Shown piece after piece: positions 25,782-35,239 of a stretch of DNA of 55,105 nt. Made by a program: the position numbers and the translations under genes. Each line of letters opens with the position of its first letter. Positions within the stretch are counted from its first letter, which is position 1. Origin of the DNA: Candidatus Dojkabacteria bacterium UBA2259. Lineage in GTDB: Bacteria > Patescibacteriota > Dojkabacteria > SC72. The notes beneath the pieces are model-generated. The model had not been told where the DNA came from and ran no database searches. It saw nothing but the letters and a program-made list of their open reading frames with translations. The stretch spans positions 1 to 55,105 of the forward strand of contig DDXN01000013.1 in NCBI GenBank assembly GCA_002347605.1. The letters are read 5' to 3'.

Positions 25782-26573
25782 TTGAAGAACAAAGTTGAAA
25801 TAAAAAATGAAATTGTGTATTTAATCCTAATTGTTCTTGTGACTTTGTACTTTGCGTATTCTACACATACACCAAACAAAACATATTTACTAAGTGGTGT
25901 ACTTGGGAACCTACTAATTCTTACATGGTTTTTAAGAGCATTTACACTCTATTCTGGTAGAAAGATTTCTCAATACAGTGAAGTAATACAAAGAATATCC
26001 CTTAAAGATAGGTTCTTTACATATTTTGTTCTTCCAATACTTTTTTACACATCATTACTTCTTTACATATACTTTAACACACTCTTTTTGATGGATATTG
26101 TTGTAATTGGAGTCTCAATCATTCTCCTTTTTGTTCTCTTCCTTAATGTAAAAAGTTCCTTTAGAAAAATTTACAGTATCCAAGCACGCACAAGAGCAAT
26201 ATTTGACTTCCTGTGCATAGCATCCTTTTACATGATTCTCAATGTAATAATTAGATTAGGAACATCAATATGGATATCCCTTTTAGGTATTACTCTCTCT
26301 TCTTTAGTATTTTTCTGGTCGGATATAAAGATACACAGAATGGAAAGTATATCTGCCTTGGTAATGAGTATTGTATCTGCGATATTTGTATCAATATCTT
26401 CAATACTTTTCTTTAATACAAACATATTTGTAGTTCCAGCAATTGGAACTCTCTCCTTCTACCTCATTCTCTCTTTGTGGAATATTAGATTTGCCGGGAA
26501 AATAAAATTAATTGAATATCTACCACCCTTCATATATTCAATACTTGCATTAATATTAATTCTTAAACTATGA
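25782..26573 (+). CDS. Polytopic membrane protein, unknown function
   Basis: 263 aa with about 8 hydrophobic helices. TTG start; the stop overlaps the next ATG (ATGA). Confidence 0.55.
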   Translation: MKNKVEIKNEIVYLILIVLVTLYFAYSTHTPNKTYLLSGVLGNLLILTWFLRAFTLYSGRKISQYSEVIQRISLKDRFFTYFVLPILFYTSLLLYIYFNTLFLMDIVVIGVSIILLFVLFLNVKSSFRKIYSIQARTRAIFDFLCIASFYMILNVIIRLGTSIWISLLGITLSSLVFFWSDIKIHRMESISALVMSIVSAIFVSISSILFFNTNIFVVPAIGTLSFYLILSLWNIRFAGKIKLIEYLPPFIYSILALILILKL

Positions 26574-27274
26574 AAAAAGACATTGTACTAAAAGTAGGAG
26601 GCTCTATACTCTATGACCACTTGTTAAATATCAACTTTGACCTGTTTAAAAGAATAAAAGAATGGTATACCGAGATTAAGAATGACTACAACCACATTGT
26701 TTTAGTTACAGGAGGAGGAGGCCTTTCGAGAAACATGGAAAGTAAAGTTGCGGAATCAATAGAAGATACAGATGGGATACACAACATAGCAATGTCAATA
26801 ACTCAAACCAATGCAATAATACTAGCTTCATATATTAAGGATAAGGACATCTTTGTTCCTAAGACACTCGGAGATGCATATGAGTTTTTGCAAACAAATG
26901 AAAAGGGATACATGGTAAGTGGTGGGTTAAAAGTTGGATGGAGTACAGATATGGATTCTGCAGTATTTGCAGATGCACTCTCCCTGGACAGAGTATACAA
27001 AGTATCTAACGTAGATTTCATATATGACAAAGATCCTAAGGAGTTTTTTGAAGCTAAACCAATAAGAGATATGACATGGAAAGAGTATTTCAAAATGTTT
27101 TCAATATTACCTAATGAAGAACATATTCCCAATTCCCATATTCCTGTTGATGCAAAGTGCTCACTATTTTGTGAAAAGAAAAATATTGCCTTCCTTGTTA
27201 CAGGAGGGAAACTACTCTACGAAATTAAAGATCTAAAAAATATACTCAAGAAGGGAACCTACATTCATAACTAA
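26570..27274 (+). CDS. pyrH: UMP kinase-like amino-acid-kinase family protein (archaeal-type PyrH?)
   Basis: IVLKVGGSIL, VLVTGGGGLSRN, GWSTDMDSAVFA and SNVDFIYDKDPKEF fit the amino-acid-kinase/UMPK fold. Confidence 0.6.
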   Translation: MKKDIVLKVGGSILYDHLLNINFDLFKRIKEWYTEIKNDYNHIVLVTGGGGLSRNMESKVAESIEDTDGIHNIAMSITQTNAIILASYIKDKDIFVPKTLGDAYEFLQTNEKGYMVSGGLKVGWSTDMDSAVFADALSLDRVYKVSNVDFIYDKDPKEFFEAKPIRDMTWKEYFKMFSILPNEEHIPNSHIPVDAKCSLFCEKKNIAFLVTGGKLLYEIKDLKNILKKGTYIHN

Positions 27275-27275
27275 C

Positions 27276-27746
27276 TTACCTTACACTAATAATTGTACAT
27301 TCTGTTTTCCCAGATGGTGTATCTATTACAATCTTACTTCCCTTTGTTTTCCCCATTAGAGAGCTACCAATAGGTGATTTGTAAGATATTTTTGATTCAA
27401 CAGGATTAGCTTCATGTTCACCAACTATAATGTATGTAGTATGTACTCCCTTTTTACATTCAATAGTGACAAAAGATCCAATCTCTACTTTTGTACTTTT
27501 CTTTTTAGTTACAACTTGTGCCTTTTCTAAAGTCTCTTTTAAAGTAGTAATTCTCTCTTCATTATTCTGAAAATCTTCAACAGCTATCGAATAGCCATCG
27601 TTTTCTCTAAGATCACCCTGTTTTCGCATTTGATTAAGAGTTTCCTGTAACTTTTTTCTAAGCTCTCCTTCTCTATGATTTAACTCATCTTGAAGCTTCT
27701 TGTATCCTTCCTTTGTTAGTAACACTTGTGAATTCTCCCCTGTCAT
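27276..27746 (-). CDS. greA: Transcription elongation factor GreA
   Basis: LTKEGYKKLQDEL, an acidic finger tip (GDLRENDGY) and a C-terminal FKBP-like domain (ISYKSPIGSSLMGK). Confidence 0.9.
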   Translation of the reverse strand: MTGENSQVLLTKEGYKKLQDELNHREGELRKKLQETLNQMRKQGDLRENDGYSIAVEDFQNNEERITTLKETLEKAQVVTKKKSTKVEIGSFVTIECKKGVHTTYIIVGEHEANPVESKISYKSPIGSSLMGKTKGSKIVIDTPSGKTECTIISVR

Positions 27747-27858
27747 AATAGTAGGGAATTAAGTTATTTCCGAGCAATGATATATATATTTAATACTATT
27801 GTCAACATCACCAAATTATTTATACATCGACCCTTTTATGATAGAATATCCAAGTTAT

Positions 27859-27933
27859 GCCGCTATCGTCTAACGGTTAGGACGCATGATTCTCAATCAT
27901 GCAATCAGGGTTCGATCCCCTGTAGCGGTACCA
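27859..27933 (+). tRNA. tRNA-Glu (anticodon CUC), CCA encoded
   Basis: Hand-folded cloverleaf: acceptor GCCGCTA/TAGCGGT, anticodon stem CATGA/TCATG, loop TTCTCAA, 4-nt variable loop, T arm CAGGG-TTCGATC-CCCTG, then A-CCA. Confidence 0.9.
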
Positions 27934-27956
27934 ATATTGATAATTCGTAGTAGCTA

Positions 27957-28670
27957 TTATTCTTTGTCTTTTAACCCTTCTTTAATACCCTTGGTAACAT
28001 CTTTTGCTATAGTCCCGAATGTAGGAGATATTTTTTCTATTCCCTCTTTTGCTACAGGCATTACCTGTTGAGCTTGAAATGCAAAAATATTTCTCCCAAA
28101 GGCAGCGAAAAGAATACCTCCCGAAACGATAAGACCAAAGAAAATTACAAATGCTCCAAAACTCAGGTCTCTTAATGACTCACTGCGTATCTTTGTCTTT
28201 TCAAGTTCAGACCTATCTGTTGCTGAATCTACCTTTATTAGTTCGGTATTTCTTTGAAACTCCAAATCCATTGATTCTTCAGCTCTCTTTTTGTTCAGTT
28301 CAGTTATTTCCTTTGCTTTGATTTGACTCTCTTCAAACCAACCATCCTTACCCATCTCTTTTGTATATTTATCTTCAATCTCTTTCTCTAAGATATTGTA
28401 TTTTTCTTCTAATTCTGCTTCTAACTTATCATATTTCTCTTCGATAGCAATCGTCTGAATCTCACCATCTTGTGCAGTTGGAATATTGAAGTTCTTTGCA
28501 TCTTTCATTTTCTCTAATCCTGGTGCAAGAAGAAAAAGATAGCTACAGATTATAAATCCTAACAAAACTATTACTGCTAAAACTACAAGACCTTTTTTGA
28601 CACTCTGATATTTCTGTTCACTTAAGTACTCTTGTCCCATATTTTGATTATGGTAATAAATTATTTTCAT
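27957..28670 (-). CDS. Hypothetical membrane protein with a coiled-coil region
   Basis: 237 aa with two TM segments flanking a K/E-rich helical region. No recognisable motif. Confidence 0.5.
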   Translation of the reverse strand: MKIIYYHNQNMGQEYLSEQKYQSVKKGLVVLAVIVLLGFIICSYLFLLAPGLEKMKDAKNFNIPTAQDGEIQTIAIEEKYDKLEAELEEKYNILEKEIEDKYTKEMGKDGWFEESQIKAKEITELNKKRAEESMDLEFQRNTELIKVDSATDRSELEKTKIRSESLRDLSFGAFVIFFGLIVSGGILFAAFGRNIFAFQAQQVMPVAKEGIEKISPTFGTIAKDVTKGIKEGLKDKE

Positions 28671-28747
28671 TTTTATTCTATCACTTCTCTATTAAACATA
28701 ATAGTACTGTAAGAATAATAAGAAAAATGATATAAATGTAATTAAAT

Positions 28748-29401
28748 ATGATACATTTTGATATAGTTACAATCTTTCCAGAAGTAATATCTACATATAT
28801 AAATAGCAGTATTGTTAAACGCGCTCAAGAAAAAGGACTAATTAAAATAGATGTACATAATCTTAGGGATTGGGCTAAAGATAAACATAAAACAGTAGAT
28901 GATACCCCCTATGGTGGTAGTCCTGGGATGTTGATGAAAGTAGAACCTGTATTTAACTGTTTAAAGGATTTAAAAAAAGAAAATACAGTTGTAATGTTAA
29001 CATCTCCAAAAGGAGAGAAATTAGTACAAAGTAAATTGAAGGAACTCTCTGAAATTAAAGATGCTCATTACATTATTCTCTGTGGACACTATGAAGGTTT
29101 TGATCAAAGAATCCATGACTTCTTAGTAGACTATGAATTCTGTATAGGAGAGTATATACTCTCTGGAGGAGAGTTGCCTGCATTGGTTTTAATAGACGGT
29201 ATAACAAGATTAATACCAGGAGTACTTGGTAATGCCTGCTCCCTAGTTTCAGAAACTTTTAATTCAGAAAACCCAGAGTATCCTCAATATACTAAACCAG
29301 AAGAATTTAATGGATGGAAAGTACCAAAAGTGTTGTTAAATGGTAACCATAGAGAAATAGAGAAGTGGAGAAACAAGATGTCAGAAATCAAATCTGAGTA
29401 A
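28748..29401 (+). CDS. trmD: tRNA (guanine37-N1)-methyltransferase
   Basis: MIHFDIVTIFPEV, DDTPYGGSPGMLMK and CGHYEGFDQRI are TrmD signatures. Confidence 0.93.
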   Translation: MIHFDIVTIFPEVISTYINSSIVKRAQEKGLIKIDVHNLRDWAKDKHKTVDDTPYGGSPGMLMKVEPVFNCLKDLKKENTVVMLTSPKGEKLVQSKLKELSEIKDAHYIILCGHYEGFDQRIHDFLVDYEFCIGEYILSGGELPALVLIDGITRLIPGVLGNACSLVSETFNSENPEYPQYTKPEEFNGWKVPKVLLNGNHREIEKWRNKMSEIKSE

Positions 29402-29481
29402 ATATTTCCACCTTGTTTAGATTGTATGAATATCATAGAATCAATTGCTTAAATAAATATCTAACTTGACCCAAAAGTCTC

Positions 29482-29961
29482 ATGTTTGGAATTAAGAAAG
29501 AAAAATACAAGATAACAAAAGAGAAAAAGAATGACCTCATTGAAGAGTTAAAGAAACTTCAAGAAGAGGACTTAGTTGAAGTTGGGAACAGATTGGAAGA
29601 CTCAAGAAGAGAAGACTCTGATGAGGATGATGCTAACTTAGGTATAATAGCAATAGAGAAGGAATCAATTGAAAAAAGAATAAAAGAGATAAGTGAGATA
29701 CTAGATAACTATGAACTAATTGAGGAAGGAGAGAAATGCGAACCAAGCAGGATAAAACTGGGATCTACAATTAAGGTTAAGGATGGGGATAAAATATTGG
29801 AATTCAAATTAGTATCTTCTCTTGAAGCAGACCCTTTAAAGAATTACATATCAGATGACTCTCCACTTGGGAAAAGGTTACTAAAAGCTAAGTTGGGAGA
29901 CACCGTAACAGTAATTGTTAGAACTAATATCATAAGATACAAGATACTTGAGGTCTGTTAA
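29482..29961 (+). CDS. GreA/GreB-family paralog (Gfh-like?)
   Basis: N-terminal coiled coil with an acidic DSDEDDAN tip. C-terminal domain IKLGSTIKV...SDDSPLGKRLLKAKLGD resembles the Gre C-terminal domain. Confidence 0.65.
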   Translation: MFGIKKEKYKITKEKKNDLIEELKKLQEEDLVEVGNRLEDSRREDSDEDDANLGIIAIEKESIEKRIKEISEILDNYELIEEGEKCEPSRIKLGSTIKVKDGDKILEFKLVSSLEADPLKNYISDDSPLGKRLLKAKLGDTVTVIVRTNIIRYKILEVC

Positions 29962-31250
29962 TTAATAGCAGAGTTTAAATCCTCTATCTTTACTCTTACC
30001 TGTTTCATACTATCTCTCTCTCTTACAGTAACTGTATCATTTTCTAATGTCTCGTAATCTATGGTAATACAGTATGGAGTCCCTATCTCATCTTGGTATC
30101 TGTATCTCTTACCAATATTTCCTCTGTTATCCCATACAACCTTGTTACTTTCAGAAAGTGAACTAAATATATCCCTTGCTTTTTTAACAATATCTTCCTT
30201 GTTACTTACCAATGGGAATATTGCTGCCCTGTATGCTGCGATATCTTTGTTAATCTTAAGTACAGTCCTTACGTTCCCATTTTCTAAACTCTCCTCTTCA
30301 TATGCATCTAGGAGTAAGAAGAACAGTGTTCTATCCACTCCTCCAGAAGTCTCCACAATATTTGGAATATATTTCTCATTTGTTTGAGGATTGGTATATG
30401 ACAAATCCTTGTTTGAGAATTTACTATGTTGTGTTAAATCATAATCTCCTCTCCAATGTATACCCTCGTTTTCTTCCCATCCCCAAGGTGTTTGGTACTC
30501 GATATCAAATGCCTTCTTAGCATAGAAGATGAGTTTGTCCTTAGGATGCTCCCAGAATCTCAAATTCTCTGTTTTTCGATACAGCCCTTTGTAGAAATTC
30601 ATTCTCTCTTCTTTCCAATACTCAAACCACTGCTCCATATCATTTGGATGTACAAAGAATTGTAAATCCCACTGTTCAAACTCTCTAGTTCTGTATGTTA
30701 GCTTGTTTGGTGTAACCTCATTTCTAAAAGCTTTACCAATCTGAGCAATACCAAAAGGTATCTGCTGTCTAGTAGAGTCAACTACATTTTTGAAATCTAA
30801 ATATATATTTTGACAAGCCTCACCTCTTAAGTATGCATCCATTTTTTCTCCTTCTAGTACTCCTACCTCTGTTTTAAACAGCATATTGTACTTTCTACTA
30901 TCTGTAAACTCTGTACTACCACACTTAGGACATTTTCCCTGTATATCCTCTGGTCTAAATCTTTGATGACATTTCTTACACTCAACTACCTCGTCAGTAA
31001 ACCCTGTAAGATGCCCTGATGCCTCCCAGACCTTTGGATGTGTAATAATACTCCCATCTATACCAACAACATTCTCTCGTCTATCTACGATGTTTTTCCA
31101 CCAATATCTTTTTAGATTGTTTTTCATCTCAACACCAACAGGCCCATAATCATAGAAACCACCAATACCACCATATATTTCTGAATTAGGGAATATTATT
31201 CCTCTCCTTTTTGCTAATGCTGTAACCTTTTGTAATAGATCTTCTGACAT
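29958..31250 (-). CDS. glyQS: Glycine-tRNA ligase (alpha2 type)
   Basis: LAKRRGIIFPNSEIYGGIGGFYDYGPVG, FRNEVTP and a C-terminal anticodon-binding domain. Confidence 0.93.
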   Translation of the reverse strand: MSEDLLQKVTALAKRRGIIFPNSEIYGGIGGFYDYGPVGVEMKNNLKRYWWKNIVDRRENVVGIDGSIITHPKVWEASGHLTGFTDEVVECKKCHQRFRPEDIQGKCPKCGSTEFTDSRKYNMLFKTEVGVLEGEKMDAYLRGEACQNIYLDFKNVVDSTRQQIPFGIAQIGKAFRNEVTPNKLTYRTREFEQWDLQFFVHPNDMEQWFEYWKEERMNFYKGLYRKTENLRFWEHPKDKLIFYAKKAFDIEYQTPWGWEENEGIHWRGDYDLTQHSKFSNKDLSYTNPQTNEKYIPNIVETSGGVDRTLFFLLLDAYEEESLENGNVRTVLKINKDIAAYRAAIFPLVSNKEDIVKKARDIFSSLSESNKVVWDNRGNIGKRYRYQDEIGTPYCITIDYETLENDTVTVRERDSMKQVRVKIEDLNSAIN

Positions 31251-31331
31251 CTGTTGTGTATCTCATTTTAATTTTTAATTATACATCATCTCCTTTTAGT
31301 ATGTAGTATATATTTGGTAATATATTGATAT

Positions 31332-32216
31332 ATGAAAAGTAGACTTGTCATAAAGTTAGTAATTGTATCAAACATTTTACTCGTAATTGCACTATCTCTC
31401 CTAGTTATACAGATATTTAAAAGTGAATCTAAATCAAAAAATATTACACAACAAGTAACAGCCAACGAGGTAGTATCCCTACCTAGTATAGAGGAAGAAA
31501 CTCCTAAACAAGATTTCTCTGTATCAGTATGTGGTAGTACCAGCTGTGTATGGATCTCAAGTATTGGAATAATTAAAGAAGGAGAATTAGATGAGAATGC
31601 GCTATACCAAAGAATTTTAGATACTGTAATCCCTCATTTTGAAAATAAATATGGAGGAAAAACATTTGCTAAAAATCGTGCTGGGAGTTTCATCTATTGG
31701 AAAGGGGATATTAGACCTGATTTAAGTAATATATATACCGATGTGTTGAATGCATTTAAAGAAGGAAAAAGTAAATCTATTCAAATTGAAATTAAGGATT
31801 TACCTGGTACTGAGGGAACATATGCTACAAGATATATTGAAATAGATGACTCTAAACAAAAATTGTATGTATGGATAGATGGTACAGTTATTAAAGAAAT
31901 TAATCTCTCTGCAGCCAAAAAAGGATATCAGGTATATGGGGTATTTCCGATAATAGATAAAGGGATAGCACCAATAGCTCCTGGAGAGAAGTATATGCCA
32001 TACTGGATGGCTTTCTACTACTCTCCTAAACAAGATTCTTGGTACGGACTACATGCATTAATATGGTGGTATGATGATAACGGGAAAAAGGTCTATGAAC
32101 CGGAAGAATATATTGGTGTTAGAAGAAGCAGAGGATGTATTCGTATGTTAGTTGAGGATGCAAAGTATATATATGGAATATTTGAAAAAGGAGACCCAAT
32201 ACTAATACATGAATAG
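31332..32216 (+). CDS. L,D-transpeptidase (YkuD) domain protein
   Basis: N-terminal TM anchor. Catalytic region YGLHAL...RRSRGCIRM matches the H...S-x-G-C-[IV]-R motif. Confidence 0.75.
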   Translation: MKSRLVIKLVIVSNILLVIALSLLVIQIFKSESKSKNITQQVTANEVVSLPSIEEETPKQDFSVSVCGSTSCVWISSIGIIKEGELDENALYQRILDTVIPHFENKYGGKTFAKNRAGSFIYWKGDIRPDLSNIYTDVLNAFKEGKSKSIQIEIKDLPGTEGTYATRYIEIDDSKQKLYVWIDGTVIKEINLSAAKKGYQVYGVFPIIDKGIAPIAPGEKYMPYWMAFYYSPKQDSWYGLHALIWWYDDNGKKVYEPEEYIGVRRSRGCIRMLVEDAKYIYGIFEKGDPILIHE

Positions 32217-32266
32217 AATATGGGTGTGATATAATTCAGGAGAATATTAAATTAGTAACCATTCCC

Positions 32267-33793
32267 ATGGACAATTCTTTGTCAAGTAGTCTCATAGGTC
32301 AAAGGAAAATCAGATTAGAGAAATTAAGTAAGCTTAGAGAGCTAGGTATTAATCCATACCCATCTAAGTCTGAAAGAGATATTCAGATAGGGGAAATTAA
32401 GGAAGATTTTGAGAAACATAAAGGTATGATACACACAGTTGTAGGAAGAGTAACTGGATGGAGAACACATGGTAAGTTAATATTTGCAGATATTAAAGAT
32501 CAGACAGGGAGTATACAGATAATTCTTAAGAGTGATTGGTTAGAAAAAAACTTAACAGAAGGATATTTAGAATGGGATACTTTGGAGCTATTAGATCTTG
32601 CTGATTTCATAGAGGTGGGGGGAGAGATAGGTAAGAGTAAGAGTGGAGAGATTTCAGTATTAGCAAAAAGTATTAAGCTTTTAGCGAAATCTTTAAGACC
32701 AATTCCAAGAAAGCTATCAAACAAAGAGCAGAAGTTTAGGAGAAGGTACCTTGATTTAGTAATTAATACAGACAGGGTAAAACTTTTTGAAAGAAAGGCT
32801 AAGTTTTGGGAAATACAAAGAGGGTTTCTTAAAAAAGAAGGCTTTCTGGAAGTTGAAGTTCCAGTACTTGAGGTTGTTACAGGTGGTGCTGATGCTAAGC
32901 CATTTCTTACTCATCACAATGCACTAGATATTGATTTGTATTTAAGAATATCTACAGAGCTATACCAGAAGAGATTAATAGGGGGAGGTTTTGAAAAGAT
33001 ATATACATTTGGTCCTAACTTTAGAAATGAGGGTATGGATGACGAACATCTTCAGGAGTTCTATGACATCGAATGGTATTGGGCATATGCTAACTACAGG
33101 GATAATATGGAATTAGTAAAGAAACTATTTTTAGAAATAGCTCAACAGCTATATGGAAAAACCAAATTTACAACTAGGGGTCACACATTTGATTTAGCAG
33201 ATGAGTGGAAAGAGATAGATTTTACACAGGTAATTAAAGAAAATTTCAATATAGATATCTTTGATGATTCAGATGAGAAAATATTATCAGCTCTAAAAGA
33301 GAAAGGGGTGGAGATAGAGGGAGAGATAAACAGGAATAGAATGATAGATAATATGTGGAAGGTAATTAGAGCAACTATTTTGGGTCCAGCATTCTTAGTT
33401 AATCACCCTATGTTTGTATCACCTTTGGCTAAAGCAAGAGAGGATGATAGTAGATTAACAGAAAGGTTCCAGGTAATTATTGCAGGTAGTGAACTTGGTA
33501 ATGGATACTCTGAGATTAATGATCCACAGGATCAACTTAGTAGGTTTGTTAATCAGCAAAAACTTAGAGAGAAGGGTGATGAGGAAGCACAGATGTTAGA
33601 TATCGATTTTGTTGAAATGTTAGAGTATGGTATGCCTCCTACAAGTGGGTACGGGCAGAGTGAGAGAGTCTTCTGGTTTTTAGAAGATGTATCTGGCAGA
33701 GAGGGTACCATATTCCCTCAAATGAGAACAGAGTTAGAGGAGTCAACAAAAAGGATATATGAGGACATACTTCCTAAGGCTAAGAAAAAGTAA
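32267..33793 (+). CDS. lysS: Lysine-tRNA ligase (class II)
   Basis: OB-fold N-terminal domain, RRRYLDL, and class II motifs (FRNEGMD, GSELGNGYSE, GMPPTSGYGQS). Confidence 0.93.
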   Translation: MDNSLSSSLIGQRKIRLEKLSKLRELGINPYPSKSERDIQIGEIKEDFEKHKGMIHTVVGRVTGWRTHGKLIFADIKDQTGSIQIILKSDWLEKNLTEGYLEWDTLELLDLADFIEVGGEIGKSKSGEISVLAKSIKLLAKSLRPIPRKLSNKEQKFRRRYLDLVINTDRVKLFERKAKFWEIQRGFLKKEGFLEVEVPVLEVVTGGADAKPFLTHHNALDIDLYLRISTELYQKRLIGGGFEKIYTFGPNFRNEGMDDEHLQEFYDIEWYWAYANYRDNMELVKKLFLEIAQQLYGKTKFTTRGHTFDLADEWKEIDFTQVIKENFNIDIFDDSDEKILSALKEKGVEIEGEINRNRMIDNMWKVIRATILGPAFLVNHPMFVSPLAKAREDDSRLTERFQVIIAGSELGNGYSEINDPQDQLSRFVNQQKLREKGDEEAQMLDIDFVEMLEYGMPPTSGYGQSERVFWFLEDVSGREGTIFPQMRTELEESTKRIYEDILPKAKKK

Positions 33794-34141
33794 ATGGAAT
33801 CTTTAAAGGATATCTTTACAAAATTAAGGGAAAAGAAAATTGAAGCTAAATCTCAGGGTGAACTATTTGATATTGACAACTATTCTAAAAAGAAAGTCAT
33901 AATTAATGACAAACACAAATATATCTCTAAAGAGTATCAGTACTATGGATTAAGTCTTGCAGGTAAATTAGGAGACAGTAAAAGAGCAACTATGTACATT
34001 AAATGGGCTAAAGAGAAACCGAGAGTAGTACTTGAAAAAGCTTTTAGTTTTGCAATAGACTATCCTAATGCTAAAGACAGAAGTAGGATATTTATGTGGA
34101 AGGTAAAGGAGATTGAGAAGGAGATGAAGGTTGAGGAGTAG
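33794..34141 (+). CDS. Hypothetical protein
   Basis: 115-aa ORF that starts immediately after the lysS stop. No motif recognised. Confidence 0.45.
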   Translation: MESLKDIFTKLREKKIEAKSQGELFDIDNYSKKKVIINDKHKYISKEYQYYGLSLAGKLGDSKRATMYIKWAKEKPRVVLEKAFSFAIDYPNAKDRSRIFMWKVKEIEKEMKVEE

Positions 34142-35150
34142 TTTCATTTATCACTTTCTTTTGAAGTCTCTCAAGAGTATCGAGTACAATCTTTACAGCC
34201 TTGTCACCATCATCTGCTGTTACTCTTGTAGCTGAAGAGTACTGGTGACCACCACCCCCTAACGCTTCCGCAATACTTGCTACTTCTTGATATCCTTGAC
34301 TACTCCTAAACGATATTTTCCATTCACCCTCTGTTGTAAATGATGGCTTTACTACAAATCCCCAATGTACACCCTGAATGTATCTTACAATATTATCTCT
34401 TACAAACTGTTGAGCACTATTTACTCCAATCTTTGTTAACTTGAGATTTTGGATATCACTTCTATTAATATATGAATACGCCATATCATCTATGATATGC
34501 ATATTCTGAATATATATTGATAAAGGTAATAAAGTCTCAACAGGAAACTTAGAACTCTTGTATTCAAAATCTTCTAAATCTAATTCAAATACTCTTCTTA
34601 ACTTAGCCATTAACTCATATGTTTCTGGTTTAGTATTGTTGTATGCAAATCTCCCTGTATCAAACACTATACCAACCTGTCCAAGGACAGAGATGTCAGG
34701 AGATATTACATATTTCTTACCCTTTACTTTAGTACAAAAATCTAAAACTTGTTCTGTTGCACAACTCATTCCATCATTAATTACAACTTCTGCCTCCATA
34801 CCCTTACTTGTATGATGATCAATTATTACAACTTTGGACTTTGTAACTTGAATTGTGTCATCTTTTGTAATACATATATCCCAGCTTCCAGCATCAACTA
34901 TTACCACGAGATCCTCCTTGTCTGTATCTATTCTTTGTGTGATTAATATCTCATTCATAAAGGGTATCTTTTGAGGAGGGTGCTGTCTGGATCTAAAGGT
35001 TACATTTTTTTTAGGATAGTAAACATTAAGGAAGTTCTTTAGTATTAATGCACTTGCGAAGCCATCAAAATCAGGTCCTTTATGAGTTAATATTAAAATA
35101 TTGTTTGACCTCTCTATTAATTTTCTTAATTTGTTGTACTCACTTTTCAT
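34092..35150 (-). CDS. DHH-family phosphoesterase (NrnA-like)
   Basis: HKGPDFDGFAS, VDAGS, IIDHH and GGGGHQYSSA are DHH/DHHA1 motifs. The 3' end overlaps the convergent ORF by 50 nt. Confidence 0.82.
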   Translation of the reverse strand: MKSEYNKLRKLIERSNNILILTHKGPDFDGFASALILKNFLNVYYPKKNVTFRSRQHPPQKIPFMNEILITQRIDTDKEDLVVIVDAGSWDICITKDDTIQVTKSKVVIIDHHTSKGMEAEVVINDGMSCATEQVLDFCTKVKGKKYVISPDISVLGQVGIVFDTGRFAYNNTKPETYELMAKLRRVFELDLEDFEYKSSKFPVETLLPLSIYIQNMHIIDDMAYSYINRSDIQNLKLTKIGVNSAQQFVRDNIVRYIQGVHWGFVVKPSFTTEGEWKISFRSSQGYQEVASIAEALGGGGHQYSSATRVTADDGDKAVKIVLDTLERLQKKVINETTPQPSSPSQSPLPST

Positions 35151-35239
35151 ATTTGTTTTAAAAAGTATACCAGATTTTGTATTGATAACAGAATATGGAG
35201 AGAATATAATAAGGGGGAATAATCTTAGAAAATAATTAC

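Noticed and set aside
34092-34141. 50-nt convergent overlap of the 115-aa ORF with the DHH phosphoesterase 3' end (and 34 nt between thpR and miaA at 37043-37076)
   Set aside because: This probably just reflects compact genome packing with non-conserved C-terminal tails (the DHH tail is a low-complexity P/S-rich stretch). There is no evidence of functional antisense regulation.
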